Shown here: one piece after another, positions 48,462 to 59,115 of the stretch
How positions within the stretch are numbered: the stretch's first letter is position 1
Layout of the letters: the number at the start of each line of letters is the position of its first letter
Origin: an uncultured Planctomycetota bacterium
Lineage (GTDB): Bacteria > Planctomycetota > Brocadiia > CAIUPP01
Reading direction: 5' to 3'
DNA length: 64,000 nucleotides
Assembly: GCA_903901045.1 (NCBI GenBank)
Contig: CAIUPP010000060.1
Location: forward strand, 6,661-70,660
Made by a program: the position numbers and the translations under genes
Notes under the pieces: model-generated
Told to the model about the DNA's origin: nothing
The model's database searches: none
What the model saw: the letters and a program-made list of their open reading frames with translations, nothing else

Positions 48462-49856
48462 CTACGCCTGCATGGCGGGCGGCGGAAGCTGGCGGTGTAT
48501 TTCCGCGATCCGATAGCCAAATCCGGGGCCGGTCACGGTGGACACATCCAGCACTCCATTGCGGCGCAGGTACAAGCCGGGGTGGACTTTCGACTCGGGC
48601 CCGGAGGCGGCCGGGGCGAACTGCATACCGTTGCTCTCCACCCCCATGATGGTTCCGGCGTGCGCGGCGAGTTGCACGTGCGTGAGCTGCGCCAGCATCG
48701 CGTTGGTCAGGTCCTGCACCATCAGCGTCATGCCGTGCGCCCTCGCCCAGGAGAGGCTCAGCAGCGCGCCGGTCTGGGTCTTGCACGTCTTGAGGGCGAC
48801 CCCCGTCCAGCCCAATTCCCGTCCGATCTTGACGAACTTCCAGTCGTGCGCACTCTCATCCATGAACAGCGGCTTGCGCGCCGACAAGCTGTGCACGTCG
48901 ATGCGGTTCGCTTCCAGGTCGTACGGGAACGGCTGCTCGACGTACAGGATCATGCCGTAGATGCGCGGGTGCTCGGCCATGAGCCGGTCGAGGATGTCGT
49001 TGACGTAAGCGGGTTCCTGAACCATGCAATTGAAGTCCGGCTGAAGCCAGGTAACGTTCTCCTCGACGGCGATGTGTCCCACGCGCACGACGCGCTCGTA
49101 ATCCCAGGCCGCGTCGTTTCCGCGCAATTTGATCTTCAGGCAATTCAGGCCGTCGGTGCGGATCCATTCGCGCAGCACCACCGGGTACCCGTCCTTCGGC
49201 TCCGAGCCGGTGCGCTCACTGTCCTCCAGAAGGTCCTTGCCCCCCACGAGGTGCCAGACCGGCACGCGCTCCTTGCGCGGCAGGGCCAGGAAGTCGGCGG
49301 GGTAGCGCCCGGCGAAGGAGACCGCCGCGCCCGAGGCGGGCGTCAGGTAGTGCGAAAGGTCCTGGTTCATGTACTGTGCCGTATAGGTCTGATAGGTCGG
49401 CACGCCGTGGAGAATGCCGTACGCGTCGTGCAGGGCGAGATCGAAAAGCGAGCAGCAGACCAGCGCCGCCAGATGCGGCATCGGCTCCTTGCGCTTCTGG
49501 TTGAACTCCCGGAGCATTGCGTCGAGATGCTTGTCGTGGAAGGCGTGGCCGATCTCCATCGGATGGCCGGCGTCGGGCAGCTTCGCCCATGCCTTGCCCA
49601 GGAGCAGACAGAACTGCTGCATCGCCTCTTCCCGTTCGGCGTGGGGGAGAGTGCCGGGCCAGGACCATGCGGCGGCCATGGGGGTCTCGCCCCATCCCTC
49701 GGCGGAGCGGCCGCGGCCATCCTCCACGCGCAACTTCACGCGGGCGCAGATCATCGACGAGATAGTCTGCGAGCCGAATTTCAGAGGCAGGCGCATGGGG
49801 TTGGAGATGAAATAGAGCGTTGCGCCCTTGATACGAACGTCGGTGCTTTTGGACAT
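48462..49856 (-). CDS. enolase-superfamily (mandelate racemase/muconate lactonizing enzyme family) sugar-acid dehydratase
   Basis: 464 aa. 'LNCLKIKLRGNDAAWDYERVVRVGHIA', 'FMDESAH' (metal ligand) and 'GVALKTCKTQTG' are MR/MLE-family hallmarks. Confidence 0.75.
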   Translation of the reverse strand: MSKSTDVRIKGATLYFISNPMRLPLKFGSQTISSMICARVKLRVEDGRGRSAEGWGETPMAAAWSWPGTLPHAEREEAMQQFCLLLGKAWAKLPDAGHPMEIGHAFHDKHLDAMLREFNQKRKEPMPHLAALVCCSLFDLALHDAYGILHGVPTYQTYTAQYMNQDLSHYLTPASGAAVSFAGRYPADFLALPRKERVPVWHLVGGKDLLEDSERTGSEPKDGYPVVLREWIRTDGLNCLKIKLRGNDAAWDYERVVRVGHIAVEENVTWLQPDFNCMVQEPAYVNDILDRLMAEHPRIYGMILYVEQPFPYDLEANRIDVHSLSARKPLFMDESAHDWKFVKIGRELGWTGVALKTCKTQTGALLSLSWARAHGMTLMVQDLTNAMLAQLTHVQLAAHAGTIMGVESNGMQFAPAASGPESKVHPGLYLRRNGVLDVSTVTGPGFGYRIAEIHRQLPPPAMQA

Positions 49857-49877
49857 GGTTATGCCTTTCCCTATTCG

Positions 49878-50981
49878 TCAAACATGCAGCAGGTCAGCGA
49901 CCAGGTTGGCCAGGAAGACGCGGTTATCGCAGCAGAAATAGCGCACATCGTCCGAGAGACGATGGAATGACTTGCAGAAACGCAGGTAGTAGGCCGGGCT
50001 TTCCTTGGGCGGCTCCCCCTGCGACCAGTCCCATCCGCCGTCGCTTTGCATGTCGACGATGGCGATCTGGTGCCCCTGGATGAAAGGGCGCTTCTTCTGC
50101 GCCAGGACGTTGTTTGCCGCGCTGAAAGCCTTCTCGAAGACCTGCGGGCTCATGATGGCCGAGCCGATGGAGAGGTAGACGCCGCCGGAGAGCTCCAGCA
50201 TGCCGGCCGCCATGACGCGGGCATCCGTGCCGCTGGTGCGGCCCAGCGCCCCGCCATGGAACATGGGATGGTTGACGAAGATGTCATAGCCGATCCCCAG
50301 GTGAATCGTCATGGGCACTTTGTGGCGGTAAGCACAGGCGAGGACGGAGTGCTGCTTGTGCTCGTGGCGCAGCTCGTGCCGCCCGGCGCGCAACTTGAAC
50401 TGCCGCATCGCCGCCAGCAGGTCCGCCCGAGCGCCGGTGAGCGGGTCCGCCGGTGCGCGGGATATCTGCTCTTCCAGCAGCGCCGGCTCCGGCAGGGTGA
50501 CGCCATCTTCCTCGATGAACCTGCCGATCCCTTCCCCCAGCCCGATCCCTTCCGCTGCGGCGCAGAGCGCGGAAAGGTTGATGGCCCGGCCCGTCTCCTC
50601 CCACGCCCCGAAGCGCCCGACGCGCGCATTGTCGCGCACCGACTCGCTCGAAACGCCCTTGAATGCGAACTCCCAGTCGTGGATCATCCCCGCGCCGTGC
50701 GTCGCCACGTGCGTCACGAAACCCTTCTCGATCAGGGCGTTCACCAACGGCCCTGCGCCGTTCTTGATCAGGTGGGCGCCGTAGGTCAGCACCACGGCGG
50801 CTTTGCGTTTCCTTGCCTGACGGATCCGTTCGGCGAGTTGTGCGATGGGGGATTTCATCGCGCCGGCATCGGGAGGGGGGTCGGTCGGCAGAATTCGCTC
50901 CTCCTCAATCCGGATGAAGCTCTTCCGCTCGGCCAGCGAGAATACGTTCAGTTGCGTCGCATCGATTCGGCTATAGGGCAT
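49878..50981 (-). CDS. deoxyhypusine-synthase-like (DHS-like NAD/FAD-binding fold) protein
   Basis: 'AAVVLTYGAHLIKNGAGPLVNALIEKGFVTHVATHGAGMIHD' resembles the DHS '[38 protein letters not shown]' block. Low-confidence family call. Confidence 0.45.
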   Translation of the reverse strand: MPYSRIDATQLNVFSLAERKSFIRIEEERILPTDPPPDAGAMKSPIAQLAERIRQARKRKAAVVLTYGAHLIKNGAGPLVNALIEKGFVTHVATHGAGMIHDWEFAFKGVSSESVRDNARVGRFGAWEETGRAINLSALCAAAEGIGLGEGIGRFIEEDGVTLPEPALLEEQISRAPADPLTGARADLLAAMRQFKLRAGRHELRHEHKQHSVLACAYRHKVPMTIHLGIGYDIFVNHPMFHGGALGRTSGTDARVMAAGMLELSGGVYLSIGSAIMSPQVFEKAFSAANNVLAQKKRPFIQGHQIAIVDMQSDGGWDWSQGEPPKESPAYYLRFCKSFHRLSDDVRYFCCDNRVFLANLVADLLHV

Positions 50982-51043
50982 CTGCGTGCCGTCCTCTCAT
51001 GTCGGAATGGAAAAGCTGTCCGACGCCTCTTCCGCTCCCCGCG

Positions 51044-51478
51044 TCATATCCACTTGTTGTAGCTGCGAAGGAGGAGGAAGGTCTCGGTCTTGAGGAGCCC
51101 CTCAACGGCGGCCAGTTCCTCGGTCAGGAACCGGATCAGCCCCTGGTTCGAGTCCACCAGCACCTCGATGATGAGGTCGTATTGGCCGGACAGGATGGAG
51201 ACCGACAGGACGTGGTCGAGCTTGGAGATTTCCTGCGCTTTGATGTCCAGCAGGCGCGGTTCGCTGACGTTAACCGTCACGAGCGCCAATTGCTGGTTCT
51301 GAAGGAGGTTGGGGTCGCGCAGCGCCTTGATCTTGACGATGCCGCGGGCTTGCAGCCGCTTGAGGCGCTGACGAATCGTCCCCTCGGAGACGCCCAGCTT
51401 GCGGGCGATCTCCGTATTGGTCATATGCCGCTCGGAGAGCATATGAATGATCTTCCAGTCGGTCTTGTCAGGCTGCAT
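51044..51478 (-). CDS. Lrp/AsnC-family transcriptional regulator
   Basis: 'DKTDWKIIHMLSERHMTNTEIARKLGVSEGTIRQRLKRLQARGIV' HTH plus a C-terminal RAM domain. Adjacent to ald. Confidence 0.85.
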   Translation of the reverse strand: MQPDKTDWKIIHMLSERHMTNTEIARKLGVSEGTIRQRLKRLQARGIVKIKALRDPNLLQNQQLALVTVNVSEPRLLDIKAQEISKLDHVLSVSILSGQYDLIIEVLVDSNQGLIRFLTEELAAVEGLLKTETFLLLRSYNKWI

Positions 51479-51572
51479 AAGCCTCACCCGAGGCGCCGGC
51501 GCCGCGAAGCGCAAAGCGCCCACCCTTGCAGGGGCCGGGCATGCCCGGCCCCCACGAAGGGACAGGCTCGCC

Positions 51573-52688
<1,116 letters not shown>

Positions 52689-52978
52689 CTGGTATCTCCT
52701 AAAACCGTAGAATAACTTTAACAATATCACGAATATCGTATAAATGCAACCCAATAGCGCCGAATGTGCGGGCCTGCTTGTGAAGTCCGGGGAAGGCGCG
52801 TTTGGCCCTTTGCAGCAGTGGTTGGCACGTGGAGAACCCTGCGAAGGTCAGACAAACCTTCGCAGGGTTTGTTCTTTCCGGGCCCGCCGCCGCCCCTTTC
52901 GGCGCTTGTGCAAGGGGGCGCTGTTCTGCTAACTTGATAGTCGTTCATACCTTTTGCCCGCATGGCGAGGAGCGGCCG

Positions 52979-54262
52979 ATGGATCGCAGGATTGCGGTCG
53001 TGGGGTTGGGTTACGTTGGGCTTCCCCTGACGGTGGCGTTCGGCAAGAAGCGGCCGGTGATCGGCTTCGACATCGGCGTTGCGCGCGTGAAAGAGCTTCA
53101 GCGCGGCTGCGACCGGACCGGCGAGGTTTCCAGCGCCGAACTGGCGGCGGCCCGCGTGGAATACAGCAGCGACCCGGCGGCGCTCGAACGCGCGGACTTC
53201 ATCATCGTCGCGGTCCCGACACCCATTGACGAGGTCAAACGTCCCGACCTTTCCTGCCTGGTGAGCGCAAGCGAGACCATCGGCGCGCATCTGCGCAAAG
53301 GGACGATCGTGGTGTACGAGTCCACCGTCTACCCCGGCGTCACGGAGGAGATTTGCGCGCCGATCCTGGAGCGCGTCTCCGGCCTCACCTGCGGCAAAGA
53401 GTTCAAGGTGGGCTATTCCCCCGAGCGCATCAACCCCGGAGACAGGGAGCACACGCTGGAGCGCGTGGTGAAGGTCGTCTCCGGCATGGATGCGGAGACG
53501 CTGGAAGTCGTGGCGCAGGTCTACGGGAGCGTGGCCGCCGCCGGCGTCTATCGCGCGCCGAGCATTCGGACGGCCGAGGCGGCCAAGGTGATCGAGAACA
53601 CCCAGCGTGACTTGAACATCGCGCTGATGAACGAACTGGCGATGATCTTCCACCGGATGGGCCTCGACACCAGCGAAGTCCTGGCCGCGGCCGGGACCAA
53701 GTGGAATTTCCTCCCCTTCAAGCCCGGCCTGGTGGGGGGGCACTGCATCGGCGTGGACCCGTACTACCTGACCGAAAAAGCGGAGAGCCTCGGCTATCAT
53801 CCGCAGGTGATCCTTGCGGGGCGGCGGATCAACGACGGGATGGGGAAGTACGTGGCGGAGCAGGCCATCAAGCTCCTTGCGCGGCAGGGGGTGAACGCCG
53901 GGCAGGCCCGCGTGGCGGTGCTGGGGATGACTTTCAAGGAGAACGTGCCGGATATCCGCAACTCGCGCGTGGTGGACATCGTGCGCGAACTGGCCGAGTA
54001 CGGCATCACCGCCAGTGTGCACGATCCGCTCGCCGCGCCGGATGATGCCGAGCGGGAATACGGCGTGAAGCTGAAGCCTGCGGAGGAACTGACCGGCTGC
54101 TGCGACGCAGTGATCCTGGCCGTGGCGCACAAGGCGTACCTGGAGAAGGGGGCCGCCTGGATCCGTTCGCTGCTGCGCCAGCCCGACAAAGGCGTGCTGC
54201 TGGACATCAAGTCCGCCCTGCGGCCCGAGGATTTCCGCGAGCAGACCTATTGGCGGCTGTGA
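52979..54262 (+). CDS. nucleotide-sugar dehydrogenase (UDP-GlcNAc/UDP-ManNAc 6-dehydrogenase-like, TviB/WbpA family)
   Basis: 'RRIAVVGLGYVGLPLTVAFG', 'GYSPERINPGD' and 'KPGLVGGHCIGVDPYYL' (catalytic Cys). GAGGAG RBS. Confidence 0.85.
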   Translation: MDRRIAVVGLGYVGLPLTVAFGKKRPVIGFDIGVARVKELQRGCDRTGEVSSAELAAARVEYSSDPAALERADFIIVAVPTPIDEVKRPDLSCLVSASETIGAHLRKGTIVVYESTVYPGVTEEICAPILERVSGLTCGKEFKVGYSPERINPGDREHTLERVVKVVSGMDAETLEVVAQVYGSVAAAGVYRAPSIRTAEAAKVIENTQRDLNIALMNELAMIFHRMGLDTSEVLAAAGTKWNFLPFKPGLVGGHCIGVDPYYLTEKAESLGYHPQVILAGRRINDGMGKYVAEQAIKLLARQGVNAGQARVAVLGMTFKENVPDIRNSRVVDIVRELAEYGITASVHDPLAAPDDAEREYGVKLKPAEELTGCCDAVILAVAHKAYLEKGAAWIRSLLRQPDKGVLLDIKSALRPEDFREQTYWRL

Positions 54263-54331
54263 ACAAAAACGCGCGGGGCGGAAGGCCCTCCTGGCCGCTC
54301 CGCCCCGCGATACGTCCAGCCTCTGCGCTCT

Positions 54332-55348
54332 TTACGGCGCGGCGACGATCTTGATGGCGTCTGCCACGACGCGCGTATCCCACCAGGTGGTCCGGCTGTT
54401 GCCGATCACGACCCGGACTCCCGTGGAGTCGAAGTCGTAAACCCCCAGCGAATTCCACGTCCCGCCGTTGGCGGCCTGGTTCACGCGAACCGTTGTGGAA
54501 ACGCCGCTATGGTAGATCACGTACGGCACGTTTCCGGCCATGCGCTCGCGAAGAATCGGCCACCAGGCGAACACTTCATATCGGCCCGGCGGAAGCGATG
54601 AGCATGTCCATTGCGCACTGGGACCGACGGAGACGGCTGGGCTGGCGGACCGTTCGCCGTTCGACGCGCGGACATCGTCGCGCTCGCTGTTGTTGTCAGC
54701 GCTGCTGTTGGTGCGGCTGTCGGTCCAGCGGTAACTGGCGTTGCGGTCCGTGAGGGGCCAGATGCTCCTGCCCGTGCTGGAAACTCTCCAATTCCCGCTG
54801 AGAACGCGGAAGCTCACCGCACTGCCGGCGCCTGCCTTGTCATCGACAACGACTCCACTGGCGGGAAGCGTGGTCGTCGTGGTGGCGCCCGCAATAGTAG
54901 TGGTGGTCGAGGAACTCGTCGTTGTCGTCGGCGGAAGCGTCGTAGTGGTCGGCGGCAGCGTGGTTGTCGTCGGCGGAAGCGTCGTGGTGGTCGGAGGCAA
55001 GGTGGTTGTTGTCGGCGGAAGCGTCGTGGTAGTCGGAGGCAACGTAGTTGTCGTCGGCCGAAGCGTGGTAGTTGTCGGGGGCAGCGTCGTTGTAGTCGGG
55101 GGGAGTGTCGTTGTGGTCGGACGAAGCGTTGTGGTAGTCGGAGGCAGCGTGGTCGTCGTCGGTGGAAGCGTTGTGGTCGTCGGCGGCAATGTGGTCGTGG
55201 TTGGAGGAAGCGTAGTAGTGGTCGGAGTCGCTGCCGTCACGGCGTCAAGCGGCGCGGCCAGTCCTACAGGTGTGCCGGGGAGAGCCAAGGTCATGAGGAC
55301 GAACGACAGGAAGATGCTCACGAACGCCGTCGACCACCCGTTACGCAT
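54332..55348 (-). CDS. secreted protein: signal peptide, 15x perfect TTTTLPP repeats, and a golvesin-C-terminal-like carbohydrate-binding domain
   Basis: 'MRNGWSTAFVSIFLSFVLMTLALPG' signal peptide. C-terminal 'YEVFAWWPILRERMAGNVPYVIYHSGVSTTVRVNQAANGGTWNSLGVYDF' resembles the golvesin/Xly C-terminal domain. Confidence 0.75.
   Translation of the reverse strand: MRNGWSTAFVSIFLSFVLMTLALPGTPVGLAAPLDAVTAATPTTTTLPPTTTTLPPTTTTLPPTTTTLPPTTTTLRPTTTTLPPTTTTLPPTTTTLRPTTTTLPPTTTTLPPTTTTLPPTTTTLPPTTTTLPPTTTTLPPTTTTSSSTTTTIAGATTTTTLPASGVVVDDKAGAGSAVSFRVLSGNWRVSSTGRSIWPLTDRNASYRWTDSRTNSSADNNSERDDVRASNGERSASPAVSVGPSAQWTCSSLPPGRYEVFAWWPILRERMAGNVPYVIYHSGVSTTVRVNQAANGGTWNSLGVYDFDSTGVRVVIGNSRTTWWDTRVVADAIKIVAAP
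54899..55222 (-). repeat. 21-bp tandem coding repeat (15 units) with synonymous-codon diversification
   Basis: Each unit encodes exactly TTTTLPP (two units have LRP). Thr (ACN), Leu (TTG/CTN) and Pro (CCN) codons vary between units. Confidence 0.85.
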
Positions 55349-55587
55349 GACTCACCTCCAAGCGAAAGACTGCTAAGAACTACGAAATAGGAAATATTAG
55401 CTACATAGTTCAATATACTTGGTCTGCATCTAAAGGTCAATACCCTGTTCCATAAGTACACATAAATTCGTATCACATTATAGCAACGGATGTTACGCCG
55501 TGGATATTTCCCGGAATGGAAAAGAAATGCGCACCTTGGGAAGCGGCGGGTCGTCGGAAAGGAGGATTGCGGGTCGTTTGGGTGGCC

Positions 55588-58500
55588 TTAGGGTGGCCAC
55601 TGCACCTCTAGTTGAGGCCATTGAGTCCGCGGGCAAAGAAGGACAATCACGCGGTCGCCTTGTTCCGCTTGATAGCGCATGGAATGCATGACGACGGCGC
55701 GGTAGATGCTCATAGTCCGCGACACCGGATCGGGAGGGGCGGAGAAGCCGCCGGCCGCGAGCGCGGGGAAGGTGTCGGCGCGCAGTCCGCGGTCGAGTTC
55801 ATGACAGCGGCGCTCGGCATCCACCACCACGCAGACCAGGCGCGCGTTCCCGCGCTGAACGATCGCCACCTGTGCGCGGCCCTTTCCCGCAACGCGTTCC
55901 ACCGCGGCGGCGATCTCGCCGTTGAGTCCTTTGCGTGAGAATTCCATCTTGGACGATTCGGTCGCGGGGCGTGCCGCCATGACGGGGGGCATACTCCCTT
56001 GCGCGCTTGGCTCCGGAGCAAGCTGACTCGGGAGCCCCTCGGCTGGCTCAGGGCAGGGGACCAGCTCCGTCGTCGGTTCAATCCGGCATGCGATGTCGGC
56101 TCTGGTCAGCGTCGGGATGCTGATCTGCAAAACACCTGCCGCGGAGGCGGCGGAAGCGGTGGCGATGGGCACTGCGCCGCTGCTCCAAACATCGTACCAG
56201 CCGACGCTGTAACTGCCGTCGGCAAGTCCGGAGAAGGTCAGGTGCTGACCGCCCATTGTCCCGCTCGTGTTTTGCACCCATGCGAAGGCGCGGCCATCCC
56301 GGGCCATCCCCCAGCCGCGGCAGGAGGAACTGTCCAGCGAGAGAGAAGCCGGGCTGCCGGTGGAGTCCGCAAGGTAATCCAGCCCGGAAATGAAATCCGC
56401 CAGGGATTTCAAGTGGTTGCTCATCTCCGGGGTCAGCATGGGATAGTTCCCGGCGTCGCACCAGAGCAACGGCGTCATCGCCGCGCCCGACGCGACGCCG
56501 GCCCAGAGACCGTTGTGGAGATGCGCCGGCTGCGTTGCGCCGTTGACCACATCGCCGCCAAATTCCGTATGGAACCCCGGCAGGCCGCTTGCTCGCAGGG
56601 TGGTCGTTTGCGAGGCGATGGTCGCCGCAACCGCGACGTTATTGTTCTTCTGCTGATACGTGTCCGCCACCCGCATATCCTGGCCGCTGTTCCATGAGGG
56701 CTGGTCCATCTTGCTCACAGTTATCGGGTATTGGCCGCCGCCGTTGTTCCGGAACGGGTCCAGTTGGCGGAAGCACTCGCGCGCGGAGGCGCACCAAGCC
56801 TCGGACTGCGCGCGGTTCTGCACGTAGCCGGAGGTGCCTTCGAGCTCGCACAGCAGCACCCATCCCGCGATGGCGCGGCTCGACCCCCAGCGCGCATTCA
56901 CGTAGCGGAAGAAGTTCTTCTGGTAGCGCCACTGCGGCGTATCGCTGCCGTACGCGGTCGTCTTGAAAAAATCGCTCGCCGAGCAGATGGATTTGTACGC
57001 GTTGTTCGACCACCATCCCTGGCCCCAGGGGTGGCCGGTGTCGCGAAGCTGGCCGTGCGACCAGATCGTCGGGAGGAGGCTGATTCCCGCCGCCTCGGCG
57101 CGCGACACGACGCCGTCGATGTACGCGCATGCGGCCTGATTATAGTTGCCGATGCCCTGTTCCGTGTTCTCGATGGGGGCGCGCTCGGCCGGGGAGGGAT
57201 CCTCCGGCGACGCCCAGGAAGGCTGATCCCAGGGAGCCGCAAGCCAGAAGCTCAGCAGGTTCTCCCGCGACGCGGTCATGTTCGCGAAGGCCGGCTGCTC
57301 GACATCCGCCTGCCAGCCGGTGTTGTGGCCGACGGCGAAGAAGGACTGCCCGCTCGCGAAGCGCAGGTTGCGGCCCGAAATGCGCGCCCAACCCGGGCTG
57401 CTCGATGCCGCGCACGTGAAGGCCCCAGCGCTCCATGTCGCCGCGCCACTCTTGTCCCGGGCGCGGACGCTGAACGTCCAGTCGCCCACCTCGCCGGGCG
57501 CGAAGCGGACCAGCCAGTGCTGCCCGTCGTAGAACCCGTTGATGCTCCAGACCGACTCGCCGGGGCTCGTGAAGGTTGCCGACAAGTCCAGGCCATCCGC
57601 GGCGGGGTCCGGCTCGTAGAACTTCGTGGCGGCGACGTTGGAGAGCGTGACAAGCAGCTCCAGCGTGGCGTATTTCGGAACCGCGGCGCCCGGCGGCTCG
57701 GAGATCGCGACATTCGCTATGGCGAGCGTGGCGGGGGGCTGGGTTGTGGTCGTGGTTGACGTGGTCGTGGTGGTCGTCGTTGTAGACGTAGTGCTGCTGG
57801 TCGTTGTCGTCGTGGAGGTGGTCGGCGGCACAGTCGTCGTAATGGTGCTGGTCGTAGTGGTTGTGGTGGTAGAGGACGACGAGGTGGTTGTAGAGGTCGT
57901 AGATGTGGTTGAGGTCGTTGGCGGCAGCGTCGTGCTTGTGGTGGTCGTACTTGTCGTGTCAGACGTTGTCGTCGTAGTCGTAGTCGAGGAGGAAGAGGTT
58001 GTCGTGGTCGTCGATTCTGAGGAAGTCGTGCTGCTTGTCGTCGTCGTGGTTGTGGTTGTTGTCGTGGTTGTTGTTGACTCCGTTGTGGTTGTCGTGGAGG
58101 TGGTCGGAGCCAGCGTCGTCGTAGTCGTGCTTGTCGTCGAAGTGGTGGTCGTAGTGGTGGACGGCAGGGTCGTGGTTGTGGTGGTCGTTGTCGTGGTCGG
58201 CGGCAGAGTGGTTGTGGTCGTGGTCGACGTGGTCGTCGTGCTGGTCGTAGTCGTGGTGGAAGTCGTTGTTGTGGTCGGCGGTTCTTTCGTGATGGTGACT
58301 TCATATCCGGCCGACAGCGCGGATCTCCCTTTGCCGTATTCCGCAACGATCATGCAGCGCTGGTCTGAGGGGACGGACTTCGCCGCGAGCCGCCCGCTTT
58401 TGTCCATCCGGGCGAATGAGGAGAACGCCCTCCATCGGGCCTCGCCCGTGACCTCCGCCGTCGTTCCGACGTCGTACTGCGCGATGCAGTGGTATTGCGC

Positions 58501-58935
58501 CGAGTTCTGCTGCTGGAGTTCCCCGGGGCCGGTCACGCTGATGGAGGCCGGCGTCCCGATGGCAAAGGCATGATCGCTGAAATCCTCCACGGCGTCATCC
58601 GGCGTGCTCACGCGAATCCGGTAGCCGACCCCTTTCGCGTAGGCCGCTTGCCCCGGCGAGCTCCATTTCCCAACCTCCCAGAGCCAGTGGTTCCTGCCCT
58701 TGACGATGGCGAGGTCCCAATGGTTTCCCCTGGAATCGTAGAGCCCGACCTTCACCTTGTCATTGTTCGGCAGGTTGTTCGCCCACTGGACGTCGTATTT
58801 CTGCCCCCATTCGACGGTCAGGCCCGGTTGGGAGGGTTGCACCACCTGCAGGGCGCGGGAAAGATCGGGAGCGGCGATGGCAGCGTTGCCCGCTGAGAGG
58901 AGGAGAAGAAGGAAGGCTGCGGCGATGCGGAACAT
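55588..58935 (-). CDS. secreted multidomain protein: Kre9/KNH-like N-terminal domain pair, ~230-aa Thr/Ser-rich linker, TIM-barrel glycoside-hydrolase-like domain (DUF4038/GH5-like). The C-terminal ~120 aa may be a separate ORF.
   Basis: Signal peptide 'MFRIAAAFLLLLLSAGNAAIAAPD'. 'LRFASGQSFFAVGHNTGW...AACAYIDGVVSRAEAAGISLLPTIWSHG' is GH-like. The tail 'MEFSRKGLNGEIAAAVERVAG...' (55588-55947) has a different composition. Confidence 0.65.
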   Translation of the reverse strand: MFRIAAAFLLLLLSAGNAAIAAPDLSRALQVVQPSQPGLTVEWGQKYDVQWANNLPNNDKVKVGLYDSRGNHWDLAIVKGRNHWLWEVGKWSSPGQAAYAKGVGYRIRVSTPDDAVEDFSDHAFAIGTPASISVTGPGELQQQNSAQYHCIAQYDVGTTAEVTGEARWRAFSSFARMDKSGRLAAKSVPSDQRCMIVAEYGKGRSALSAGYEVTITKEPPTTTTTSTTTTTSTTTTSTTTTTTLPPTTTTTTTTTTLPSTTTTTTSTTSTTTTTLAPTTSTTTTTESTTTTTTTTTTTTTSSTTSSESTTTTTSSSSTTTTTTTSDTTSTTTTSTTLPPTTSTTSTTSTTTSSSSTTTTTTTSTITTTVPPTTSTTTTTSSTTSTTTTTTTTSTTTTTQPPATLAIANVAISEPPGAAVPKYATLELLVTLSNVAATKFYEPDPAADGLDLSATFTSPGESVWSINGFYDGQHWLVRFAPGEVGDWTFSVRARDKSGAATWSAGAFTCAASSSPGWARISGRNLRFASGQSFFAVGHNTGWQADVEQPAFANMTASRENLLSFWLAAPWDQPSWASPEDPSPAERAPIENTEQGIGNYNQAACAYIDGVVSRAEAAGISLLPTIWSHGQLRDTGHPWGQGWWSNNAYKSICSASDFFKTTAYGSDTPQWRYQKNFFRYVNARWGSSRAIAGWVLLCELEGTSGYVQNRAQSEAWCASARECFRQLDPFRNNGGGQYPITVSKMDQPSWNSGQDMRVADTYQQKNNNVAVAATIASQTTTLRASGLPGFHTEFGGDVVNGATQPAHLHNGLWAGVASGAAMTPLLWCDAGNYPMLTPEMSNHLKSLADFISGLDYLADSTGSPASLSLDSSSCRGWGMARDGRAFAWVQNTSGTMGGQHLTFSGLADGSYSVGWYDVWSSGAVPIATASAASAAGVLQISIPTLTRADIACRIEPTTELVPCPEPAEGLPSQLAPEPSAQGSMPPVMAARPATESSKMEFSRKGLNGEIAAAVERVAGKGRAQVAIVQRGNARLVCVVVDAERRCHELDRGLRADTFPALAAGGFSAPPDPVSRTMSIYRAVVMHSMRYQAEQGDRVIVLLCPRTQWPQLEVQWPP
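57725..58290 (-). repeat. low-complexity Thr/Ser-rich linker coding region (ACN/TCN codon runs)
   Basis: The plus strand shows a (GTCGTGGTNGTN)n-like periodicity. The protein has ~230 aa of T/S with sparse LPP/E/D. Confidence 0.8.
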
Positions 58936-59115
58936 CTCAGTCCCTGCCTTGGTCACAACGAAGATCGGTCGGCGCGTCGCTCGATAGCCTAGCAGAACGG
59001 CGGGCAAAGTCAACGCGACAGGGCGAAAAAGAAGCAACGCAAGAGAAGAGATGAAACATCCCTCCGTCTTGCGTTGCCCTTGCATCGTGCGAAACGAAAT
59101 CAGTGTGCGTTCGGG

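Noticed and set aside
48336-49970. 544-aa plus-strand ORF
   Set aside because: Antisense to the enolase-superfamily gene, which carries clear MR/MLE motifs.
54493-55390. Plus-strand ORFs full of Arg/Cys/Gly or Val repeats (54611-55390, 54741-55376)
   Set aside because: Alternative-frame readings of the TTTTLPP 21-bp repeat on the opposite strand. Not CRISPR (no unique spacers; strict codon periodicity) and not real genes.
57626-58573. Poly-Val plus-strand ORF and a possible CRISPR/VNTR-like array
   Set aside because: Antisense reading of the Thr/Ser-linker coding region of the 1165-aa gene. It has period-3 low complexity, no repeat-spacer structure and no cas genes.
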